DNA of 64,000 nucleotides from Chiloscyllium plagiosum (taxonomy: Eukaryota). Below are positions 52,707 to 62,399 of the stretch, in pieces. Location: positions 3,143,824 through 3,207,823 of the forward strand of contig NC_057756.1 of assembly GCF_004010195.1 (NCBI RefSeq), given 5' to 3'. Position numbers and translations under genes: made by a program. The notes beneath the pieces were generated by a model that did no database searches, was not told the DNA's origin, and saw only the letters and a list, made by a program, of their open reading frames with translations. The stretch's first letter is position 1; each line of letters opens with the position of its first letter.

Positions 52707-53373
52707 ATGACGTTTGATGATGCTGCTCCTTTAACAATCTTACGTTGTCCTAATTTTCAGAGGGATCGTGAAGATAGAGGTTCTGATATGTCTGCAAATA
52801 TGACGTGAAATGGCTTCATCTTTTTTAAAAAACTACACAATGAAAGGGGAATGGCTACTTTTCTCATCAGGGTTTGGTTTAGTTTGATTTTAGCAAGCAG
52901 TCATTTCAAAACTGCTGGTTTTGCTTTAGCTGCGATCCCAAGGAAGTATGCTGGAATCAAAGAAAGAAATTCATGTTAATCCGCTTGACGCTGCCATCTC
53001 TCCTGTTTGAATATGTATTTGAAATTTCTTTTGCCAAGGGCGTGTGCAGAGGGATATTGCAGGTATTCCTTCAATATGAGTAAGTTGCGATGGAATCGAC
53101 TGGTTTTCAGATAGGTTAAGTTACTCTAAAGGCTGTACTCTTTTGTTCGTATTTCATTCAGTAGTCTGTAAATAAATTCGATTTTCTTTTAAACTGGGTG
53201 GTTGGGCGAGAACATCAGTCGTCTAATATCCACTCTACACCTGATTAAAACAAGTAGAAAATATAGGGTCCAGGCGACCTTCTTGAAATGTTTACAGCAG
53301 ATGTGGCCCGTAGATATTTTAGGACAAATCATATCAGAGCATGACAGTGGTGATACGGAACCTCCAAATGCAG
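52707..53373 (+). pseudogene. collagen-like exon split by a solo LTR (52707-52800 plus 53317-53373)
   Basis: acceptor tatttacacag; MTF|DDA|APL|TIL|RCP|NFQ|RDR|EDR|GSD|MSA|N[LTR]IL|GQI|ISE|HDS|GDT|EPP|NA then G/gtaaat. Confidence 0.8.
52801..53312 (+). mobile_element. solo LTR with imperfect 4-bp TSD (aata/gata)
   Basis: starts TG, contains AATAAA at ~53172, resembles the other LTRs; removal restores the flanking reading frame. Confidence 0.75.
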
Positions 53374-53491
53374 GTAAATAGAATTAATGTGCAATGTAAG
53401 AAAATCGGATATAAATTGTCTTGGAATAAAACCCACATTAGTGTGGAGCGACTATGTTGTCGTTGAAATTTATAACAATTTTGTAATCTAG

Positions 53492-53796
53492 TTCAGTGTG
53501 CCAGAGATTAGTATGTCCAAGTCGAAATCGGCATATATTTAGCAAAATCTAATAGTACATTCAAATTGTCCAAAATAACCGCCTTAATAGTTTACAATGG
53601 AGAGAATGATTAAACTAGCAATGACATCAGAAAGTCAATGACAGAAATCTGTCTTGGGATGCAGGAGAACAATTGTGAAATTTCCTGGAAATTTAACACG
53701 GAAATGAAAAGAGTGGTAAAACAATTGTAGTTAGTCCACAGAGAAGAATTCAACCGTCTTTGAAAGGAAACAGGATCTTGGAAAAACGATCGAGTA
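53492..53796 (+). pseudogene. collagen-like exon relic
   Basis: CPK|*PP..RMI|KLA|MTS|ESQ|*QK|SVL|GCR|RTI..FP|GNL|TRK|*KE; donor gtgagt. Confidence 0.65.
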
Positions 53797-54414
53797 GTGA
53801 GTTTCCTTTATCATTATCGAGAAAAGATAGAATACAGCAGAAAAACCTTGTAATCTGTCTATTATCCATATGAAGCATTTATAAAATTTTATTGAGGAAG
53901 TTCGTGAATATATGAACTAAAATGTTCTGAACTTCTGATTGAAGATACTTTATAATTAAAAATATTTAAGTACAACTTTCTCAAGAATGTTGATTAAGTT
54001 GTTTTTCAAATATGTTTAGATTCTAGGAAGCTTCCATTCGAATTGAAAGTAGAAAATGTAACTTTCTGATTCAAGAAAAGTACCATACTGTAAGCTATAA
54101 GTGATAGATCACAAATCTTGAAACATTATTGATCCTTGGACATTGTATGAACTGTTCCGTGAACAAAGTCGATTTTGTGTCACTTCGAAGCACATAAGTG
54201 AGCAGGTTGATGTTACGTTTGCTGGTGAGCAGGAAAAATGAACGTGCAAAAACTGACTTTTTAAATTATGTTTTGGGATAAATGAGGCACCACTGTGCTG
54301 GAAAACAGTTTTCTTTTCTCTCTCTCTCGTTTTACATCTTACAAGACATAAGCAAAAGACTCTTTATGCTATCTTAAAGACAATTTTTTAAAAATGTAAT
54401 TAACACTTAAAATG

Positions 54415-56475
54415 TTAGATCATCGAACATTAAAGGGCATTACAAGCCCTTCAGTCCTCGAGGTTGCGCTGAAATGTCGAAACAATCTATAGCCCATCCA
54501 ACCTAAACTGTTCCATTCTCGTCAGTATGCCTATCCAATGACCATTTAAATGCCCTTAAAGCTGGCGAGTCTACTGCTGTTGTGGCATAGGCGTTGCATA
54601 CCCTTACAACTCCTAGAATAAAGAAGCTAACTTTATGTTTGTCCTACATGTATCATACCGCAATTTGTAGCTATGCCTCCTCATGCTAACCACCACCATC
54701 CGAGAGAAGAAAAAACGCTCACTGTTCAACCTATCTAACACTCTGATTATCTTATATGTCTCAATTAATCGGCTTTCTTCCATCTCCTCTCTAACGAAAA
54801 CAGCCTCATGTCCCTCAGCCTTTCCTCATAAGACCTTCTCTCCAAACTAGGCAACATCCTCGTAAAACTCCTCTGAACCCTTTCCAAAGCTTCCACATCA
54901 TTCTTAATTTGAGGCAAACAGAACAGTAAACAATACTCCAAATGTCGCCCCACCAGAGATTTGTACAGCTGCAGGATTAGCTCCTGGTTCCGAAATTCAA
55001 TCCGGCTACCAATAAATGTTAACACACCATGTGCCTTCATAACAATCCTATCCATCTGGGTGGCCACTTTCAAGGATATAGGTACCTGGATACCGAGATT
55101 TCTCTGTTCATCTGCACTGTCAAGAATTAGCCAGGTACCATTAGCCCAGTACTCTGCATTCATATTATGCTTTCCAATGTGAATCATCTCACAATTTTCC
55201 TCATTAAACTCCATTTGCCAACTCTCAGCCCATCTCCGCAGCTTATCTATGTCTCCCTGCAATCTACAACATCCTTCGTCACTACTCACAACTCTACCGA
55301 CCTTAATTTCATCTGCAATTTTACTTACCCATGCTTCATCGCACTTATCCAGGATATTTATAATAACAACAAACAACAGTCGCACCAGACAGGTCCTTGC
55401 GATACCCACAGTAGTAACCGAACTTCAAAACGAATATTTCACATCCAACACCACTTTCTGACTTATTTCAGCTAACCAATGTCTAATCCAAACGACTAAA
55501 TCATCCTAAATCCCATTGCTCCGCATTTTCTGCAATAGCCTAGCGTGGTAAACCTTACCAAACACTTTAGTGAACTCATATGCACCACATCCAACTGTTT
55601 GGTCACCTTCTCACAGGACTCAATACTCTTTGTAAGGCATGACCTAAGCTTCACAAAACCATGTTAAATATCCCTAATCAAATAATCAACTCTAAATGAT
55701 TATAAATTCCATCTCTTATGACACTTTTCAATACTTTACCCACAACTGATGTAAGGCTCACAGATCCATAATTTCCAGGGTTACGTCTAATTCCCATTCT
55801 TGAACAAGGGAAAAACCTTTTATATCTTCCTGTCTACTGACACCATTCTTTTTGATAATGCCGACATAAAGTTCGCAGCCAAATGTTCGACAATCTCCTT
55901 TCTGGCTTCCCAGACAGTTCTCGGTTAAATCCCATCCTGCACAGGTGACTTATTTAATGTTTCCTCTTTCAAGAATGAATAACAGCTCCTCTTTATGCAC
56001 CTCAATGTCATATAGTCCAATAGGCTGTATCTCAGTATTCTCCTCGATCATATTGTATTTTCCTTTTGTGAATACTGACGAAACGTTTTCAGTTCACACG
56101 TCCCCTATCTCCTCTGACTCCATGCACATCTTTCCACTAATACACTTTATTGGCTCAAGTCTTCCTCTAGTCATTATTTTATACTTTATATAGCGATAGA
56201 AAGCCTAAGTATTTTCCTTGATCTGATCAACCAATGAGTTCTCATTTCCCTTCCTGGTTCTTCTTAGCTCTCTCTGTAAGTTTTTGCCGGCCATTTTGTA
56301 TCTCTCAAGCGCCCTTACTGAAATATCACACCTCACCCTAACATAAGTCTTTTCTTCCTCTTCACAAGAGATTCACCTTCCTGAGGAAACCACAGCTCCT
56401 GCGCTCGAGAACTTCCTTCATACTCTACTAGTACATACTTATCAAGGACCCGCAGTAACTTTATTTAGCTCCACA
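54415..56475 (-). mobile_element. CR1-type LINE ORF2 (RT) fragment
   Basis: ORF 54765-55409: SKIADEIKVG..LQGDIDKL.RWAESWQMEFN..YKSLV..HLEYC..LERVQRSFTRMLP. Confidence 0.93.
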
Positions 56476-56479
56476 TTTC

Positions 56480-56646
56480 AAGTTAAACATAAATGACCAA
56501 GGCGACTATCAGTGGTATCCGTACACTCACAGGGACATCAGTTCGACTGGGACAATACATCCATTCTCGGACTGGCAACATAAAGAAAGGGGGGGGGGGG
56601 GGATTTCAAGTCGGTTCGGCAATCAAGCTGGAACGCCATTCACAAT
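56480..56646 (+). pseudogene. collagen-like exon relic, relatively Gly-rich
   Basis: GIR|TLT|GTS|VRL|GQY|IHS..GNI|KKG|GGG|GFQ|V|GSA|IKL|ERH. Confidence 0.6.
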
Positions 56647-56920
56647 CAGCGCCACAGCGCCAGCGACCTGGGTTCAATTCCCGCCTCAGATGTCTGACTG
56701 TGTGGAGTTTGCACGTTCTCCCCGTGTCTGCGTGGGTTTCCTTCGGGTGCTCCGGTTTCCTCCCACCATCCAAAGATGTGCAGGGTCAGGTGAATTGGCC
56801 ATACTAAATTGCCTGTAGTGTAAGGTAAGGGGTAAATGTGGGTTTCGCTTTGGCGGGTCGGTGTGGACTTGTTGGGACGAAGGGCCTGTTTCCACACTGT
56901 AATCTAATCTAAATCTAAAT
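56647..56920 (+). mobile_element. HE1-like SINE, 5'-truncated
   Basis: near-identical to 20320-20601, with a gtaatctaatctaaatcta tail. Confidence 0.93.
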
Positions 56921-56929
56921 CATCTAGAT

Positions 56930-57140
56930 TTGGCCCCTCTTGCCAACCTCCCAGACACAGGACCGGAGATGATATCGCCACCACAACGAACTTAGATAGA
57001 TAAATAGCAAGTTGGACACAAATACTTGACCAGAAACTACTGATGATGTTACCTAGTAGGGTGATGAGGCGTCAGGGAACAAATCTCCCAGGAAATCGAG
57101 GATGTGTACAGTTTGATAATCTAACTGATCTACAATTCTT
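56930..57140 (+). mobile_element. Penelope terminal fragment
   Basis: actgatgatgttacctagtagggtgatga resembles the reverse complement of 37085-37120. Confidence 0.6.
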
Positions 57141-57367
57141 CCCAAAATCTCAGAACATCAGTAGAATGCATGCTGATTAACATATTTTGAGTGCATAGTT
57201 GAACGCCTCTAATTGGAGACTACTGAGAAAAAGAAAACACAATTGCATGGTGCTGACGTTAGAAGAATATGTAAAAATGCAACGCATTACAAAAAATAAG
57301 ATAGTTTTCAGACTTCCAAAGTTGCAATTTTTTAAAATTATAAAATGAAACTCACAACCATACACGG

Positions 57368-57606
57368 CACAAATTGAAATTGCTGAAAAGCTGAACAGGT
57401 CTGACAACCTCACTGGAGAGAATTAGATTTAATGTTTCAGATTGAGTGATTCTTCCGCAGAAGACAGGGTATTCTGCTAAAAGGTCATTCGCCTCAAAAA
57501 GGCAACACTGATTTTCTCCACAGACGCTGCCAGACCTGCTCAGGTTTTTCAGCAATTTTGATTTATATCTCTGATTTACGGCATCCTCTGTTCTTTCGGT
57601 TTTTGT
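57368..57606. repeat. palindromic shark repeat
   Basis: aaattgctgaaaagctgaacaggtctg versus cagacctgctcaggtttttcagcaattt form inverted arms. Confidence 0.8.
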
Positions 57607-58097
57607 TTAATGAAACATGCAAATCCTTCAGAAGGACTGTGACGTCGTGTTGTTAATACCCAGAACGATCTTACACGCTCGTGTGTTATCCTTCAGTTGG
57701 AAAAGCCATTATTGAGGCTACATCCACGTTTTTATCTGTTTTGTACCTAATATTTTATGAAGATATTTTGCTGTCTTTTAAGTGGGTATTTCCTGGATGG
57801 CGCTCTGAACTAAATGAAAATAAAACAGAAGAAAAAATGCGGATGCTGGAGATCCGAATCAAAAACAGAAGCAGCTCGAGAAGCCGAGCAAGGATAGAAA
57901 TGTTAGCTGTGCTTTCTTGCCAGGGATGCTACTACACCCTGGCTGGCTTTGTATAGCATTTTTTCTTTTTTAACCTCATAAGCGAGGTTAAAAATACTTG
58001 GCAAGTTTCCACTGGATTGAGAAGCTCCAGAACTCTCTGAACTGAAGTATTTTAAACACTGAAATGTCTTGAATTTGTAAATGTTATATTCATGTAG

Positions 58098-58355
58098 AAT
58101 TCTGCTGGTGAGACCAGAGCCAGATTGTACTTTTCAAAAGTGTGTGTAGTCATTTTTGCAGCAGTGATCGATGACTTTGGGAATCCCTACTTCATCAGAC
58201 AGAGGATGTGGGTTCACGAAATATTGTAAAGCATAGACAACCTGGAATTTGAAACATCAATACACAAACTGTGAATATTTTGAAAGGAGGCACAGGCTCA
58301 TTTTGCTGAAATATAAGCTTCTGCTCTGCATTCATATGGCCTTGTGTACTTAACT
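58098..58355 (+). pseudogene. collagen-like exon relic
   Basis: acceptor tcatgtag; NSA|GET|RAR|LYF|SKV|CVV|IFA|AVI|DDF|GNP|YFI|RQR. Confidence 0.7.
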
Positions 58356-58419
58356 GTAATTATGAAAGTGGAGTATGTTTGTAAACAAACGAATCACACG
58401 AGTATAGAAGATTTTTTAA

Positions 58420-59334
58420 AAGCTCAGAGGAGATGCTGCATTCAATGTATATTCATGCTTGCGACCATAAGATGATTATCACACAATAATCAGGTCAGCT
58501 CAAGAAGTTGTGCAATATGCATTATAACATTGCACCAAAATTTACTTTAACTAAGAACGAACAAGTGTGCATTAAAACAAGGCCAGAAATGCATATTTAA
58601 ACATTGATATGCAGGAAGGAATATGGCACCTTAGGTGTGACTTCACCAAAGCGGTGCAGAAATACCTTCCATAAATATATTTGGAAGTAGCAGCAAAATG
58701 CATCGACTTTGTTTCTCCTTGATGATCAATGCGATCTGGTGCGAAAAAGAAAATTATATTAATGGAGCAAGAGGAATAGTCTTGGGACGTTATGCGAATT
58801 TTCTCCTGATTGACGTCGATAAAAAAACAACAACAGTGGCTGACAAATCTAAGACTGACCGTCCCATCAAATGTGGTGAGCTATCAAAACTTTACAGCTC
58901 AATTACTTGACGATTATATCCACACAAAGAAAAACATGATTTCTTCAAATTGGGCGTCAGATGTTACTTCACCACGGCCAATTATTGTTTTTACTTTCAA
59001 TGGCATGCAGAGATTTAATATACCTTTGCCGTCAATTATGTTTTTTTTTGTTTCAAAAGCACAGACAGAGATTTGGTGTTATTTCCTTCACAATTTAACA
59101 ACCACAGGAGTTTTCCTTCTGCTTACAATTCAGTCCTGTTGAATAATGTAGATAGCAGACCAATGATTTCATTCTTTTCCAATATATTCCACACACTTCC
59201 AGTAGCACTAACCTGGAGAAACACAAATCGGGAATGCTCATCAACTTTGAGAAGGTAGTCTTGTATATTCCCAAACCTCTCCAATTTAGGATTCAATTTG
59301 GTGCTATGACGATTTATCATCTCTCAGTGCTAAA
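58420..59334 (+). pseudogene. long collagen-like exon relic
   Basis: R|GDA|AFN|VYS; YIN|GAR|GIV|L|GRY..ADK|SKT|DRP|IKC|GEL; ends DDL|SSL|SAK then gtaagt. Confidence 0.7.
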
Positions 59335-59499
59335 GTAAGTGGAATTATTTTGAAAGTAACTCATCTACTTTAGCCGTGTAGCTGTCTCTGGGATACATTG
59401 TTGTTTACATTCACACCTTTGATCCATACTGCATTTTGCTACTATTATCTTTACGTATCTCATCAGACTCATTCAGAACTCCCAGTTGCTGTCCTTTCA

Positions 59500-59978
59500 A
59501 ATAAAGCACAAATAAGTGTGATCACACTATTAACCAGTGCCATCTGCAAGCATTGGGAGCAATTGTTATTACTGGTACAAAGTTTTCACCGAACATTAAT
59601 CTCACAATTTCGTTTCTCCATTGCAGGAGATAGTCCACACGTTGTCAGGAAGGTAATATTTATCTCACTGAATACTACACAGTTTTTGAAAACCAATTTT
59701 TCTTCTTTATTCTGTAAACTTTACTTAATTTTGTATTTCATGGCTTTTGGTTCTTTTTGTTTTGTTTCCTTGTCTTAGAACTAACCAAGATACGTCATGG
59801 TTTGGGTGAGAAACGCAATCAAAGTAAATACTTGAATATGTTTCTGAAAATGTTCATGATCGTTAGTGTAAGATATGCAGGGCGAGCATTGTCAATACTA
59901 CGTACATCATCTGGACTAAAAGTTTTGATTTCAGATATTCAGTTTTGAAATGGACTCCGAGAAAAAGCTGAAAAGAAA
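59500..59978 (+). pseudogene. collagen-like exon relics (one ending at 59652; 59779-59978)
   Basis: GDS|PHV|VRK then gtaata; strong acceptor at 59778 then ELT|KIR|HGL|GEK|RNQ|SKY..GLK..GLR|EKA|EKK then gtgaga. Confidence 0.7.
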
Positions 59979-60869
59979 GTGAGATGGAAATTAATGCATT
60001 AATGTTATTTTTGGCTTTCAATCAGGAGGCTTAATGGTGATTACATTAGTACGAATTCCCACCGTGCAGGCAACATATTCACTGTGTGCTACAGAATGCA
60101 GTTGAAATAACGACATCATATGCAGAATAAATTATGCAGTTGGTTCAAATTGCGTTTAACATCTTGAGTTTTGCTTAGAAGAACTAATCAAGATCACTTT
60201 CCACCTGTGAGTGCTGATTTTGTATCAAGAGAGAAAGAGAAAAAATTTGTCAAACCCTGCAAAATCACAACATTTGCACTGATCATGCAGTCTAAGGTAT
60301 TTACAGACCATCCATTGTAATGCTTGATACAAACCATATTGCAAGATTTAGTGATACACTCAATCAGTTTCTTTTTTTCCCTTCTTGGTGACAGTCCATT
60401 CATTGTCCATGCATTGTTAAAATATCAGTTCACTCAACTCTGTGTCAACACACAACTGTCAAGTGAACTTAATTAGTTTGCTTAATATAATTATATTCCA
60501 ACTAAATGTTCAAAATGTCGAAAGTTGATGCAACTGTGAGGAAATGTGAAAGTCCTTAGATTGGCAGAAAATAAAAAGAGTTGCCACAGTCTTCTGTGAC
60601 ATTGCGTGTTTCAGAGTTAGAGAGGCATTTATGCACCAGCCCACTTAAATTGCAAGTGATTAAATTTCAGTTAAAGCATGTACATGGGAAAACTACCGGA
60701 ATGCTATGATTCAGTGAAAAACGAATTAAATATCCAGGAAGGGACGTTATGTTTGTGTCAGTTTGGTGACCGATTGAATGCAACTTGTGTTCTAAGTACA
60801 ACAGATCACCTGATTTGAAGATATACTGTAAGCAAGCGCATTAATTAATTCCCAAAGGAGCTTAATAAA

Positions 60870-61334
60870 TGTCATGCCTGAAATGAGTGTTATGCCTCAA
60901 AATTGTGGTCAAGGAAGAACTATATATGTTGGACTTTGCAGGAACATTTCGAGTCATGGGCTCATGGACGTAAAGCAAATAATATGTGATTTAATTTCCT
61001 TGGTAAGAGGCCTGTTTGTCTTCAACAGCCCATTGCCTAAAAGATGACATTTTCAGCTTGTTGCACTTTTTTTTCAGATGGTAAAGGCAAGTCAATACTT
61101 AGTAACAAATGGTTTCAACGGTTTTCCAGATGAAAGGGAACTTTGATGTTTACTCTTTCAATTTGATCAGCGATGATCTCATTGAACATGAGAGCACAGT
61201 TGAGACGTTAAAGTGCCGGCTTGGACTCTCGATTCGTCGAATTACAGAATGCAAAAACAATTGTGGATATTCGCTGGTGATATTTAGAAATAAACCTGCT
61301 TTTACTGCACCAATAGAATTAACTATTAGATGAG
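60870..61334 (+). pseudogene. two collagen-like exon relics (ending at 61002; 61078-61334)
   Basis: CGQ|GRT|IYV|GLC|RNI|SSH|GLM|DVK|QII|CDL|ISL then gtaaga; 75-nt intron; GFN|GFP|DER|EL*|CLL|FQF|DQR|*SH|*T*|EHS|*DV|KVP. Confidence 0.8.
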
Positions 61335-61419
61335 GTAAAGTTTTATTTAATTTCGTCCTGATGACAACCGCAATACCACCGTTTCTCCACCACTCAACTC
61401 CAATTTCCATTTTCTGAAG

Positions 61420-62100
61420 CTGGCATCAGAGTTTATATCATGCAATGATAAGCTTGTTCAAAAGCATTTAATCAAATTCTTACCTGACCATGCACATCTC
61501 ATGTCAATCGCTTTGACACAGAGATGCATTGGCATGTATTTCTGATTGTCATTGGAAGAACTCAAGCGAGAATTGGATTTTACGCCTTTCCAAGATCCAT
61601 ATAAATGGAATTTGTTGGAAAACGACGGGGCCAATTTTACTTAAAAAGAAAGAGCGACAACTCTGAAAATGTTAGAAATTCGAACAACTGCGTGTGAGAC
61701 TCTGAAAGATACATAAACAATGTTCATTATGATGGAAGGAAATTCACACACTCTGAACAAAATCGATCAAGCAGATAATTATACTTGATTAAAAAAAGCC
61801 TTTTTAGAAAAAAGCATCTTCAAAACAGGAACACCAATTTTTCTCTGTATATATCTAAGGAAATTAATTTTCTTCTGTTTTTAGTTTCCCTACAGAGCTT
61901 CTGAACATGCATTCGAGCCTAATTCTTGAAGATTTGTTAGTCATGGATCGGCAGATGCAATGCTTCTTCAACTGGAAGTTATCTGCTTTCTTAAAGTCCA
62001 AAGTTGTCAGAAAAATCACGAAAATGATGAATGCTGATGGTCAATACGGACAGTGATAACTGGATTAAGATGTGCAAACTTGACTTTCATATCATTCATC
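61420..62100 (+). pseudogene. collagen-like exon relics, including one starting at 61896
   Basis: GFY|AFP|RSI..GQF|YLK|RKS|DNS|ENV; ELL|NMH|SSL|ILE|DLL|VMD|RQM..KSK|VVR|KIT|KMM|NAD|GQY|GQ*. Confidence 0.7.
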
Positions 62101-62399
62101 TAATTTCTAAAATGCAATTAACCTACGAGAAGCACTGTTTCAAAAGATAAACACAATGTAGACGCTGCCATTATATCTTCACTAATGAAGATTATTTTTC
62201 TCATTTATTGACACATAACATATTAATGTATCTGTTTCTAGATAAAAACAAATCAATACTTTGCTCATGGACTTTTTTTCCCAATTAATGTAATGATTTT
62301 AAAGGGCTGCAGTGTCATTTTATTGGTCACCATGTATTAGCCAAGTAGTGGATGTTGAGTAGATAATACTGAGCATCAGTTTTGAAGAGGATTATTCTT

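Larger units (their letters stand above)
4400..62100 (+). pseudogene. very large decayed collagen-like (Gly-X-Y)n gene or tandem cluster, multi-exon, interrupted by transposons
   Basis: 9-nt codon periodicity in many independent blocks, with GGN or near-GGN codons at every third position and collagen-typical X-Y pairs; canonical AG/GT boundaries; many stops, often TGA or TAA at Gly positions. No C1q, NC1 or COLFI domain recognised in the window. Confidence 0.8.

Noticed and set aside
4470..59805. Array of 27-nt phase-1 microexons (4470, 20215, 20924, 43432, 44790, 45813, 59779) suggesting a butyrophilin/BG-like coiled-coil tail
   Set aside because: Multiples of 9 nt are better explained by Gly-X-Y units; several apparent donors are Gly-Glu/Asp codons (GGT GAG, GGT GAC) inside longer periodic frames; no Ig or B30.2 exon was found
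59290..61101. Spliced open chain DSIWCYDDL...IICDLISLMVK as a novel intact protein
   Set aside because: It can be assembled only by picking sub-segments of longer, stop-containing collagen-register exons
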